The position numbers and the translations under genes were made by a program. From positions 144-64,143 of the forward strand of contig JADGQB010000001.1 in the NCBI GenBank assembly GCA_017882145.1: DNA of 64,000 bases, written 5' to 3'. Under the pieces are notes generated by a model. That model was not told where the DNA came from and did not search any database. It saw nothing but the letters and a program-made list of their open reading frames with translations. This DNA is from Anaerolineales bacterium (GTDB lineage: Bacteria > Chloroflexota > Anaerolineae > Anaerolineales > Villigracilaceae). Below are positions 1 to 9,065 of the stretch, one piece after another. The first letter of the stretch is position 1. Each line of letters starts with the position of its first letter.

Positions 1-542
1 GGCCATCTTGAAAAGTTTAGGGGGGGAGATCAAAAAAACATTTTCTCTCTGTTGAATTATCTACTGCCTTTGAACAATGAAATCATGGTCATGCACTGAT
101 CGCAAACGTAGGTAAGCCAGGGCACGTTGCCTTGTTCTTCGGCCTATCCGGCACTATGGTGCAGCCTCCGGCTTTATAAGGCGAACTGCTGTTAGATTGA
201 ACGTTACCAAGTCAGGTGTTGGCTGGTCAATACCGGGAGGGTTGGGGGCCGTATGGAATAGGCAAGCGGACCAGCATCCGACACACGCGGAACCTGCTGA
301 ATGGGGTTTTGAATTTTTCTTTGACGGAGGTGGAATACCATACCGATCCGGTGTTCGGATTCGAAATCCCCAAGACTTGCCCGGATGTTCCCGAAGATGT
401 GCTCTATCCGGCGCGTTCCTGGCGTAATGAAGAAGAGTACTGGAAGAAAAACAAGCAATTGGCTTCCCGATTTATCAGCAACATGAAGAAATTTGAGGAA
501 AATAACCCTAAGGCTGTGATCTCAGCCGGACCAAAAGTATAA
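1..542 (+). pseudogene. pckA: Decayed ATP-dependent phosphoenolpyruvate carboxykinase remnant
   Basis: Frame 1 from nt 1 reads GGDQKNIFSLLNYLLPLNNEIMVMH, then TGA at 97-99 where PckA has MHCSANVG. One base out of frame it continues IANVGKPGHVALFFGLSGT (start of the P-loop). The GKT lysine and most of the catalytic core are absent. The text joins directly to PAL-TAA(177-179)-GELLLD, then WLVNTG (220-237, frame 1), then GPYGIGKRTSIRHTRNLL...ISAGPKV (open ORF 216-542, frame 3). Only about the last 100 codons are open. Confidence 0.75.
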
Positions 543-682
543 ATATAACGGGAGCTTTGTCATGGGGGAATACAGCAGATTGTGCCTAGTCTAAATTCCT
601 ATTGCGGATATAATAACCGTTTGGTTTGTGAAAACGTGAACTTATGCGCGCTTGGAGTGGAAATAAATCTTTCTTAAGGAGA

Positions 683-2803
683 ATGAAAGTGAACAAAGAA
701 GCAATCAACAAGCTAATGCGGCCCAAGTCGGTCGCGGTTGTGGGGGCTTCGTCTCAGCCCGGGAAAATTGGTTATACCGTACTCGAGAATTTAATCAAAG
801 GCGGATACAAAGGAAAGATATACCCAATCAACCCGGCAGCGACCGAAATCCTTAGCCTGCCAGTCTTCGCTTCTGTTTCGGCCTTACCAGAACCAGCAGA
901 TTTAGCCATTATCACTGTCCCGGTTAAATTTGCGAACCAGGTTGCGGAAGAATGCGGTCAGAAGGGGATCAAGGCGCTCAGCGTAATTACCTCCGGATAC
1001 AGCGAAGTCGGGCGGAATGACCTGGAGAAAGAATTAATTGATATTGCGCATAAGTATGGTATGTGCGTTCTTGGCCCGAATATCGTCGGCTCTCTCTCCA
1101 ACTCGGATGATTTGAATGCTTCCTTTGGTCCATTCCTGCCATTCAAAGGCTCTGCCACTCTTATCACCCAGTCTGGCGCCCTGCTAATCGCCATGGACGC
1201 CATCACGTATACCCGCAAGGTTGGCTTCGACAAGATGATCTCCATCGGAAATATGGCCGACGTGGATTTCGCGGATCTGATCGAATGGTTGGAAGATGAC
1301 AAGTACACTTCCTGCACCTGTCTGTATGTCGAAGGGATCAAGGACGGTCGAAAGTTCATCGATGCCTGCCGAAACGCGAAGAAACCCATCATCGCGCTCA
1401 AGGCCGGTACTTCTGTCCACGGCGCGGCGGCGGCGGCTTCCCACACCGGTTCGCTGGCAGGATCCGCCAAAGTCTACACAGCGGCATTCCAACAGGCCGG
1501 GGTTGTCCAGGCTTCAGACTTGAATAACCTGTTTGACCGCACTCTGGCGCTATCGCTGATGCCGCCCCTGAAGGGCACCAATTTGTTACTGGTCACCAAC
1601 GGCGGCGGCGTAGGCGTGCTTGCCACTGACGCAGCTGAGAAATTTGGCATCCCGTTGAAATTTGCCCCCCCGGATGTTCAGGAAGAACTCAAAAAGCATA
1701 TGCCTGCTTTTGGGTCCGCCAAGAATCCGGTGGACATGACCGGTATGGCAGGCAATGATTGGTATTACGAAACCGTAAAATTTGCCTATGCACACCCATG
1801 GACCGATGGACTGGTCGTATTGTATTGCGAGACAGCCATGACCAGCCCGGTGGAAATTGCCCAGGCAGTTAAAAAAGCCATGGATGACAGCGGTATGAAA
1901 GGCAAGCCAATCATGGTGTCGATGGTGGGCGGCACACGCTGCGACAAGGCCATGCAGTGGCTGGTGGAAAACGGGATCCCGGCTTACGGTCCGCCGGACC
2001 AGGCCATGAACGCCATGGCTGCCCTGAGCGAGCTTAACCGCATCCAGTCCATGTTGGATAAAACCGAAGTTGTATCAGACCCGGCTTGTGCTGCCAAGGC
2101 AGCCGAAATCATTGCGGTCGCCCGTGGAGACGGTCGAACTGCACTGACGGAAGTCGAGGCAAAACAGATCTTCTCAGCTTACGGACTGCCGATCGCCCAG
2201 ACCTGGTTGGCAAAATGCGAAGATGAGGCCGTTGAAATGGCCAAATCGATCGGTTTCCCAGTGGTTATGAAGATCATTTCCCCGGATATCGTCCATAAGT
2301 CGGACGCCAAGGGAGTAAAAGTTAATATCAAGGATGAGGCAGGGGTGCGCGAAAGCTATAAAACCATCCTGGCCAATGCGAAAGTATATAAAGCGGATGC
2401 AAACATTCACGGGATTGCTGTCCAGGAAATGGCACCCTCGGGGACGGAAGTGATCGTCGGATCAGTGAACGATGCCACTTTTGGGCCGACGGTCATGTTT
2501 GGCCTGGGCGGTATTTTCGTCGAAGTGCTCAAGGATGTTACATTCCGCGTGGCGCCGGTCAATAAGTCCCAGATCGAGCAGATGCTGACCGAGATCCGCG
2601 GCGCCCCGATGTTGAAGGGCGTACGCGGCGAATTGCCACGTGACCGCGCCGCTCTGGTGGATGTCCTCTATCGATACGCCATCATGATTTCCGACCTGGC
2701 AGGCGAGGTCTCCGAGACGGATGCCAACCCGATCCTGGTCTATGCGGAAGGCAAGGGTGTCAAGGTAGTGGATGCCCGGATCATCCTGAAGAAGAAGGCG
2801 TAA
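683..2803 (+). CDS. Acetate--CoA ligase (ADP-forming), fused alpha/beta type (acyl-CoA synthetase, NDP-forming)
   Basis: ORF 644-2803. It has an N-terminal CoA-binding motif KSVAVVGASSQPGKIGY, a succinyl-CoA-synthetase-like core and a C-terminal ATP-grasp half (EVEAKQIFSAYGLPIA...). The preferred start is ATG 683 (MKVNKEAINK), preceded by AAGGAG. Position 644 is the longest-ORF alternative. Confidence 0.85.
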   Translation: MKVNKEAINKLMRPKSVAVVGASSQPGKIGYTVLENLIKGGYKGKIYPINPAATEILSLPVFASVSALPEPADLAIITVPVKFANQVAEECGQKGIKALSVITSGYSEVGRNDLEKELIDIAHKYGMCVLGPNIVGSLSNSDDLNASFGPFLPFKGSATLITQSGALLIAMDAITYTRKVGFDKMISIGNMADVDFADLIEWLEDDKYTSCTCLYVEGIKDGRKFIDACRNAKKPIIALKAGTSVHGAAAAASHTGSLAGSAKVYTAAFQQAGVVQASDLNNLFDRTLALSLMPPLKGTNLLLVTNGGGVGVLATDAAEKFGIPLKFAPPDVQEELKKHMPAFGSAKNPVDMTGMAGNDWYYETVKFAYAHPWTDGLVVLYCETAMTSPVEIAQAVKKAMDDSGMKGKPIMVSMVGGTRCDKAMQWLVENGIPAYGPPDQAMNAMAALSELNRIQSMLDKTEVVSDPACAAKAAEIIAVARGDGRTALTEVEAKQIFSAYGLPIAQTWLAKCEDEAVEMAKSIGFPVVMKIISPDIVHKSDAKGVKVNIKDEAGVRESYKTILANAKVYKADANIHGIAVQEMAPSGTEVIVGSVNDATFGPTVMFGLGGIFVEVLKDVTFRVAPVNKSQIEQMLTEIRGAPMLKGVRGELPRDRAALVDVLYRYAIMISDLAGEVSETDANPILVYAEGKGVKVVDARIILKKKA

Positions 2804-2828
2804 ACAATCGTTATAACGATCCACAAAA

Positions 2829-2860
2829 GGGTGCGCTTTTAGAAGAGCGCATCCTTTTTG
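2829..2860. terminator. Bidirectional rho-independent terminator between convergent genes
   Basis: Stem GGGTGCGCT (2829-2837) pairs with AGCGCATCC (2846-2854), with one G-T pair. TTTTT follows on the plus strand and AAAA precedes it, giving a T-run on the minus strand. Confidence 0.7.
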
Positions 2861-2866
2861 ATTCGA

Positions 2867-3757
2867 TTAGGCTGGGCTGGCTCGATTAACCAGCCAGACG
2901 CCAAATAGAATGATCACCCCGCCTAATAACCCTGGCAGGGTAATTCTTTCGCCCAAAAGGAAGAAAGAAACAATTACTGTCACAACCGGCTCAATAAAGA
3001 GGAAAGTCCCCACGCGGGCAACCGGCAATACTTTGAGAGCGTCGTACCAAAAGACATAAGCCAACCCCGAACAGAAAACCCCTAAAAATCCGATCGCCAG
3101 CCAGCCGTCTGTGGCAATATTATGGATTGACTGCCAGCCTCTCCCAATAACAAAGAGGATCGAAGAAAATAGCCATCCGAAACCCATTACATAAAACATC
3201 ATCAATGCAGCCGGGTAGGTTTTCAAGCCACGCCGGGAAAGTATGGTAAAGATGGCCCAATTGGGCGCACTGATGAGGATGAGTATATCCCCGGGTGAAC
3301 CAAACTTTCCTGAAACCAGCGAATTCAAATTGCCATGTGTGACTACCAACAGAACACCGAAGGCGGCCAAAAATATGCCCACTGTCTGGAGCCATTTCAG
3401 TTTTTCTTTGAGGATGAGCCAACCCAGGATGGCGATGAAAATCGGCATGCTGGACACGATCCAGCCGGTGGTTGTCGCCTGGGATGTGACCAATCCAGTG
3501 GATTGCAGCCATTGGTGGAATGTGATTCCCAGGAAACCAAGCAGCCCAAAGTATAGCCAGTCTTTTGGCTTCGGCAAGGCAAATTGACGCTGCAATGCAA
3601 CTGCCAAGCCCAGGATAACCACGCCAATTGCGAAGCGCATCCAAACTACTGCGACTGGTGGAACATATTTTAATCCAATCTTGACGGCAATAAAGGATGC
3701 ACCCCAGACGAGAACGGCGAAGAGAGCTTTTATGTAGGCGCTGGGGTTGGGTTTCAT
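2867..3757 (-). CDS. EamA/DMT-superfamily transporter
   Basis: 296 aa, multi-pass hydrophobic protein with two EamA-like halves (N-terminal ALFAVLVWGASFIAVKIGL, second half PNWAIFTILSRR...). Confidence 0.8.
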   Translation of the reverse strand: MKPNPSAYIKALFAVLVWGASFIAVKIGLKYVPPVAVVWMRFAIGVVILGLAVALQRQFALPKPKDWLYFGLLGFLGITFHQWLQSTGLVTSQATTTGWIVSSMPIFIAILGWLILKEKLKWLQTVGIFLAAFGVLLVVTHGNLNSLVSGKFGSPGDILILISAPNWAIFTILSRRGLKTYPAALMMFYVMGFGWLFSSILFVIGRGWQSIHNIATDGWLAIGFLGVFCSGLAYVFWYDALKVLPVARVGTFLFIEPVVTVIVSFFLLGERITLPGLLGGVIILFGVWLVNRASPA

Positions 3758-3782
3758 CGTTTTTTACGGTTCTTCAAATTGA

Positions 3783-3815
3783 TAGAAAAATACCCCCGTT
3801 TGATAAGACGGGGGT
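3783..3815 (-). terminator. Rho-independent terminator after the hflX operon
   Basis: 8-bp stem ACCCCCGT (3792-3799) pairs with ACGGGGGT (3808-3815). On the minus strand it is followed by ATTTTTCTATC. Confidence 0.7.
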
Positions 3816-3834
3816 GCCCCAGGAATTCGGATGA

Positions 3835-4044
3835 TCATAAAGCCCTGGCAAGCATCAATCCAAAAATCGCAATTGCCACTCCAAGGTGTAAGAAGAGATT
3901 TGAATCTGCCAGCCAGCCGGTGGGAAGGAACTGGAAAACAAAATTGGCAATTACGAACAGGATACCAATGAAAGGTAAAAGGCCTTTACGAGGGGCAAGG
4001 TATTCAGATACTTTATCAAGCGATTCATTCAGCCATTGGGTCAT
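3835..4044 (-). CDS. Small hypothetical membrane protein (69 aa, two hydrophobic helices)
   Basis: The ORF overlaps the hflX 3-prime end by 20 nt. It has hydrophobic segments LLPFIGILFVIANFVFQFL and LFLHLGVAIAIFGLMLA, and the terminator lies just downstream. I recognised no family. Confidence 0.5.
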   Translation of the reverse strand: MTQWLNESLDKVSEYLAPRKGLLPFIGILFVIANFVFQFLPTGWLADSNLFLHLGVAIAIFGLMLARAL

Positions 4045-5389
4045 CTTCTTGTTCCTTTTCTTTTTCGCCGGCTTTTAGCTGCCAGGGCTTGAACTGACCA
4101 ACCAGACGGCCTGGGATGCGGCCTTGCATCAAAACACCTTTGCGTCCATGTTCCATCCGTTCAACCTGGCCAAGATCGTGGAAAAGTGAAATCAATTGAC
4201 CCTGTTGGTAAGGCAGCCGGACAAGGATAGGCGTAAATGTCTCATAGAGTCCGGTACGGATATGTTCGAGCAGATCGTCGATCCCGGTGCCCGTAAGCGC
4301 GGAAATGGCTACGGCTTGAGGAAAATGTTCGAGCGTGCGGCGAGCGGCTTCAGGATTCGATAGGCGGTCGATCTTGTTCAACACCGTGACAATCGGAACA
4401 TGGCTGGCGCCAATCTCATCCAAGGTCTGTTGGACAGCCTCAGCCTGGTTCATCGCGTTAGGGTGTGAAATATCCACCATATGCAACAGAAGATCGGCCT
4501 CAGATATTTCTTCCAGAGTAGCACGAAATGCAGCGACCAAAGTGGTGGGAAGCTTTTGGATGAAACCCACCGTATCTGTGAATAGCGCCTGATCGCCGCC
4601 CGGCAATTCTACGCGCCTGGTGGTTGGATCGAGGGTTGCGAATAATTGGTCTGCGACATAGACATCTGACTTCGCCAACCGGTTCAGGAGTGTGGATTTT
4701 CCGGCATTGGTATATCCGACCAGAGCTACCGTTGGGATGCGGCTGCGTTTTCTTTGCGCGCGGTATCTCATCCGATGGGCGCGGACCTTTTCAAGCTCAT
4801 CCTTGAGATGGGCAATCTCATGCCGGACGGAACGGCGATCCACTTCCAATTGGGTTTCACCGGGACCACGCAATCCTACGCCGCCAACCGAGCCTGACCG
4901 TCCGCCGCCGCCGCCAGCCTGCCGGGCAAGATGCGTCCATTGGCCAGTCAAGCGTGGAAGATAGTATTCATATTGGGCCAATTTGACCTGCAATTGACCG
5001 TCGCTGGTGTGGGCGTGTTGTGCAAAAATGTCGAGGATGAGGGCTGTCCGGTCGAGCACACGCACGGAATTCCCCAAATGTTCCTGCAGCTCACGCTGGT
5101 GACGAGGCGAAAGTTCATTGTCGAAAATGACTACCTGCGCCAGCGTCTCCTCGGCCAGAGCTTTAAGTTCTTCCACTTTTCCGGATCCGATAAACGTCTC
5201 CGCGTTTGGCCGGTCGACTTTCTGGGTCAGTTCTCCAATAACCTCCAAGCCGGCTGTATCCGCCAGCAGGGTGAGCTCAGCCAGTGAGTCTTCAAGGGTT
5301 AGCAGGTGGGCCTGTCCGAATATTTCTACTCCGACCAGGAAAGCGCGCTCACGCGGCGAAACGGTCGGTTCAGGAGTTTTCTTTGACAT
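4025..5389 (-). CDS. hflX: GTPase HflX
   Basis: 454 aa with an HflX N-terminal domain and GTPase motifs VALVGYTNAGKST (G1), DTVGF (G3) and NKID (G4). Confidence 0.9.
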   Translation of the reverse strand: MSKKTPEPTVSPRERAFLVGVEIFGQAHLLTLEDSLAELTLLADTAGLEVIGELTQKVDRPNAETFIGSGKVEELKALAEETLAQVVIFDNELSPRHQRELQEHLGNSVRVLDRTALILDIFAQHAHTSDGQLQVKLAQYEYYLPRLTGQWTHLARQAGGGGGRSGSVGGVGLRGPGETQLEVDRRSVRHEIAHLKDELEKVRAHRMRYRAQRKRSRIPTVALVGYTNAGKSTLLNRLAKSDVYVADQLFATLDPTTRRVELPGGDQALFTDTVGFIQKLPTTLVAAFRATLEEISEADLLLHMVDISHPNAMNQAEAVQQTLDEIGASHVPIVTVLNKIDRLSNPEAARRTLEHFPQAVAISALTGTGIDDLLEHIRTGLYETFTPILVRLPYQQGQLISLFHDLGQVERMEHGRKGVLMQGRIPGRLVGQFKPWQLKAGEKEKEQEDDPMAE

Positions 5390-5399
5390 TTGGTTTATT

Positions 5400-6629
5400 C
5401 TATTTCTGGTCTGATTTTACTTCGGCGCCAAAGAGTTTGGCGATCATTTCATTGGGCGGCTCAGTCCGTAGCGGCAGCAGAACATGGAAAATAGAGCCCG
5501 GGCAGCTTTTTTCATCGTTCCCATCGGATTCCACCCAAATAGCTCCTTTATGTGCCTCAACAATGCCTTTTGCGATGGGCAAGCCCAATCCCGGGCCGCC
5601 ACCCTTGAATTTAGTTTTTCCACTGGAGTGCAAGGAGGCGTTCCCTAATTGGCCGAATTTTGCGAAGATAGTTTCCTGATCTTCGGCGGAGATGCCAATA
5701 CCGGTATCGGCGATGGTCACTTCCTCAAACCCAGGGAGCATTCGTCCATCCACGGTTATCTTACCCCCATCCGGTGTATATTTGATGGCATTGCTCATGA
5801 TATTTCGAAATGCTTGATATAAGCGTTCCGGATCCCCGAAGAGCATTTGATCACAACCGGGAAACGTATGTATATCCAGCACCTGCCTGCGATTTGCGAT
5901 CGAATCTTTCAGCTCGTTCCGAATGAGACCGAGTATCTGATTTAGCCACACGGGTTGAAAATTTAAAGACAGAAGATTGTTATCTATCAGTGATACATCA
6001 ATCATGTCATCAACGATAGAACGTAGTCGCCAAATCCCACTATTGACACCTTCGATCAAAAGGTTCAATTGAGAACTTTGTCCATTGACACTTATTTCGC
6101 GCATCATGGAGGTATAGCCTTCAATAAGTGTAAGAGGTGTTCTGAGCTCGTGCGCAGCCACCGATATGAAATTTGACTTGGACCGGTCCAGCCGTTCAAG
6201 CTTTTTCTGGATCCCGGATAATTCCTTCGAGATGAATGCCACATGGGTCTCCATCTCATAGCGGGCTGCCTTTTCCAGGGCGAAAGTGAAAACCGGCAGC
6301 ACGGCTCCCATTAATTCCATCGCATTCTGCTCGGTCAAATCTTCACGCGCCAGTTCAAATGTTAGCATCAGCATGCGGTTGAGAACTGCTGAAATATTCT
6401 TCTCTCCATCGCGCAGGTCACTCTGGGTCGGCGCGTTGGACCAGTCATGGATGATGGGGTCCACCCAGGCCGGATCGCCAGTCTCGATTGCCTGAACCAT
6501 GAGATCGAAGAATCGTTCAAGTTGCTCCTGGAAATTTTCGCGCACACCGGCACCGCGCGCCAGACTGTTTGCAACGCGGCGAATCCACGGTAAGCGGATT
6601 TCATTTAATATATCAGGAACATTCATCAA
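5400..6629 (-). CDS. Cytoplasmic sensor histidine kinase (HisKA + HATPase_c)
   Basis: H-box SNFISVAAHELRTPLTLIEGY, N-box RNIMSNAIKYTP, G-boxes DTGIGI and GGPGLGLPIAKGIV. No obvious TM segment. It lies 10 nt upstream of hflX. Confidence 0.85.
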   Translation of the reverse strand: MMNVPDILNEIRLPWIRRVANSLARGAGVRENFQEQLERFFDLMVQAIETGDPAWVDPIIHDWSNAPTQSDLRDGEKNISAVLNRMLMLTFELAREDLTEQNAMELMGAVLPVFTFALEKAARYEMETHVAFISKELSGIQKKLERLDRSKSNFISVAAHELRTPLTLIEGYTSMMREISVNGQSSQLNLLIEGVNSGIWRLRSIVDDMIDVSLIDNNLLSLNFQPVWLNQILGLIRNELKDSIANRRQVLDIHTFPGCDQMLFGDPERLYQAFRNIMSNAIKYTPDGGKITVDGRMLPGFEEVTIADTGIGISAEDQETIFAKFGQLGNASLHSSGKTKFKGGGPGLGLPIAKGIVEAHKGAIWVESDGNDEKSCPGSIFHVLLPLRTEPPNEMIAKLFGAEVKSDQK

Positions 6630-6783
6630 AATTTTGCGTCCTCGAACTGCTATTCCAAGTACTACAACCTACCGATTGCCAGCAAGTTATCCATAAGGCT
6701 TTCAAACGAATATTGGATAAGTGTAAGTCAGGTTAGGTGTTTTGACAATCACAATATCGTAATAAATGAGGTTTCAACAGAAG

Positions 6784-7665
6784 TTATTTCTGGGTAATTA
6801 ACCAAGTCCGTATCGTCTCTCCGACAATTTGCAGGCTTTTTGATGATACTTTGTCAGCTGTGTCGGCAGCGGTATGCCAGTACGGGTAATCGAAATCGAT
6901 GATATCCACTGCCGGAATGCCAGCTGCCAAGAACGGAGTGTGATCGTCCACCATGCTGTATTTGACTGTCTGGATAAATTGCTTCCCGTATCCAAGCTTT
7001 GCTGCCTGCCCCCATATTTCGCTGACCAGGGCTGCATTGGAATTCTGTTCAATGTAGATATTTAGATCAGCATCCCCGACCATATCCAGGATGATAGCCG
7101 CGCGCGGATGGTAGGTTAGTACAGACACAAACGCGTGGGAGCCCATAATCCATTCACGGCCCGCCAATCCGCCATTATCTTCGGCATCGAAAAAGACCAG
7201 CCAGGTGGGAGTAATCCCGGCTGGAAGCGAGCGCGCCAGTTCAAGCAAGACTGCCACGCCTGAGGCTCCATCATTTGCACCTGGGACAGGAGCAACCCGT
7301 CCCGATCCAGGATCCTGGTCTGCGAGCAGGCGAGAGTCATAGTGCGCACCCAAGATGATTTGGGGTGCATGATCGGATCGGGAGGCGATGATGTTTTGAA
7401 CCGAGAAACCTTTCCAATCAGTCATCTGGATTTTGGACTGCCAGCCTGCTTTTCTAAGCTCCTCCTGGATATATGTGATGGTATCGGCATGTGCCCGGCT
7501 ATCTGGAATGCGGGGACCGAATGCAATCTGTGCTACCACATCCTGATATGCGCGTTGTCCATCAAACTGTGCCGATTGGCGGTTGAGGGGTGTCAGCCTC
7601 CATATTACCAAGGCGATTAGAGGAACAACAATTACTAAAAGGAATAAAACCCGGTATTTGCGCAT
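6784..7665 (-). CDS. M28-family metallopeptidase / glutaminyl-cyclase-like protein with N-terminal signal anchor
   Basis: 293 aa. N-terminal hydrophobic anchor LFLLVIVVPLIALVIW. M28 motifs GAHYDS, GANDGASGVAVLLELAR, FFDAEDNG. Confidence 0.75.
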   Translation of the reverse strand: MRKYRVLFLLVIVVPLIALVIWRLTPLNRQSAQFDGQRAYQDVVAQIAFGPRIPDSRAHADTITYIQEELRKAGWQSKIQMTDWKGFSVQNIIASRSDHAPQIILGAHYDSRLLADQDPGSGRVAPVPGANDGASGVAVLLELARSLPAGITPTWLVFFDAEDNGGLAGREWIMGSHAFVSVLTYHPRAAIILDMVGDADLNIYIEQNSNAALVSEIWGQAAKLGYGKQFIQTVKYSMVDDHTPFLAAGIPAVDIIDFDYPYWHTAADTADKVSSKSLQIVGETIRTWLITQK

Positions 7666-7669
7666 AGCA

Positions 7670-9028
7670 TTATTCGTCCATGTTTTTCTTTATGAATACT
7701 TCCAAATCGGTTTGAGCGCGTTCAACAAATTGCCTGGCACGTTCCCGCCTGTCGATACGATCGGATGAGTTAAGCGGCGGCAGAATGCCAAAATTAGCTT
7801 TCATCGGCTGGAAATCTTTCAAGTTTGTGTGGGTGATGTAGTGACAGAGCGCGCCCAGCATGGTTGTCTCCGGAAGAACAATAGGCTGTTTCCCTTGTAA
7901 AATGTAAGCGGCATTTATTCCGGCCAGAAGGCCGGTGGCGATGTTTCCCATGTAACCTTCCACGCCTGTGATTTGGCCGGCGAAGAATAAATCCGGGCGA
8001 TCCCGATATTGAAGGGTGGGGAGCAGGGTAACTGGCGCCGCCAGAAAAGTATTGCGGTGCATCTGCCCATACCGTTCGAACTCAGCCTTTTCCAGTCCAG
8101 GAATCAGGCGGAAGGTGCGTTTTTGTTCAGTGTAAGTCAGGTTGGTTTGAAATCCCACCAGGTTATAAAGACTTCCAGCCAGATTATCCTGACGTAACTG
8201 AATAAGGGCATATGGCCAGCGCCCCGTGCGTGGATCTATCAACCCAGTTGGCCGCATTGGACCGAACGCCAGTGCTTTTTGTCCGCGACCGGCCATGATT
8301 TCCACCGGCAAACATCCACCAAAAAATTGTTGCTGTCCGGCAGTTACACCTTGTTCGATTTCGGTCTCGAATGTACGCAAATTAATACGGTGGGCAGTTA
8401 ATAATGTTTCGATGAATAAGTCGTATTCGGCGTTTGTGAAAGGACAATTGAGATAATCACCAATTTCTTGATCCCCTGAATCATAACGGGATGCACGAAA
8501 GGCAATATCCATATTAATGGATTCGGCGGTTACAATTGGAGCAATGGCATCGAAAAAGAATAATAAATCACTGCCAGTCAAATTTGCAATAGCGTGGGAC
8601 AGGCTGTCGGAGGTGAGCGGGCCTGAAGCGATAATGGTCGGACCAACAGGTAGTTCTTGCACCTCTGCGCGCACAAGGTCAATATTCGGGTGAGAACTTA
8701 GCCGATCGGTAACCTGCCGTGAGAAGGATTCTCGATCAACCGCCAGGGCGGCTCCGGCAGGAATCGAATTTAATTGTGCGCATTCCAGCAACAGGGATCC
8801 GAAACGGCGCATTTCATTTTTTAATAAGCCAGAAGCACGATCAGGCAGGTTTGAGCCAAGCGAATTTGAACACACGAGTTCCGCCAGATTGGAGGTCAGG
8901 TGTGCGCCAGTGGACAGAACAGGTCGCATCTCATAGAGCCGCACGCGTAATCCCCGCTGTGCAGCCTGCCAGGCTGCCTCGCTTCCGGCCAATCCGCCAC
9001 CAACTATCGTCAAGTCAGGTTGATTCAT
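7670..9028 (-). CDS. trmFO: Methylenetetrahydrofolate--tRNA-(uracil54-C5)-methyltransferase TrmFO
   Basis: 452 aa. FAD motif TIVGGGLAGSEAAWQAA and the TrmFO/Gid family pattern ...LVCSNSL...FAGQITGVEGY. Confidence 0.9.
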   Translation of the reverse strand: MNQPDLTIVGGGLAGSEAAWQAAQRGLRVRLYEMRPVLSTGAHLTSNLAELVCSNSLGSNLPDRASGLLKNEMRRFGSLLLECAQLNSIPAGAALAVDRESFSRQVTDRLSSHPNIDLVRAEVQELPVGPTIIASGPLTSDSLSHAIANLTGSDLLFFFDAIAPIVTAESINMDIAFRASRYDSGDQEIGDYLNCPFTNAEYDLFIETLLTAHRINLRTFETEIEQGVTAGQQQFFGGCLPVEIMAGRGQKALAFGPMRPTGLIDPRTGRWPYALIQLRQDNLAGSLYNLVGFQTNLTYTEQKRTFRLIPGLEKAEFERYGQMHRNTFLAAPVTLLPTLQYRDRPDLFFAGQITGVEGYMGNIATGLLAGINAAYILQGKQPIVLPETTMLGALCHYITHTNLKDFQPMKANFGILPPLNSSDRIDRRERARQFVERAQTDLEVFIKKNMDE

Positions 9029-9065
9029 CCTGGCAAGTATTGTACCATTTTGGATTTATCCGGAT

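Noticed and set aside
958-1470. Long antisense or alternative-frame ORFs inside large genes, for example 958-1470, 15421-15960, 30699-31241, 42316-42798, 43221-43784, 43658-44167, 44518-45087, 53458-53997, 55875-56357, 58370-59107 and 59802-60260
   Set aside because: Each lies wholly within a longer ORF on the other strand or frame that has clear family motifs. Their translations are low-complexity (Ser/Arg/Pro/Ala-rich) shadow frames with no recognisable motifs.
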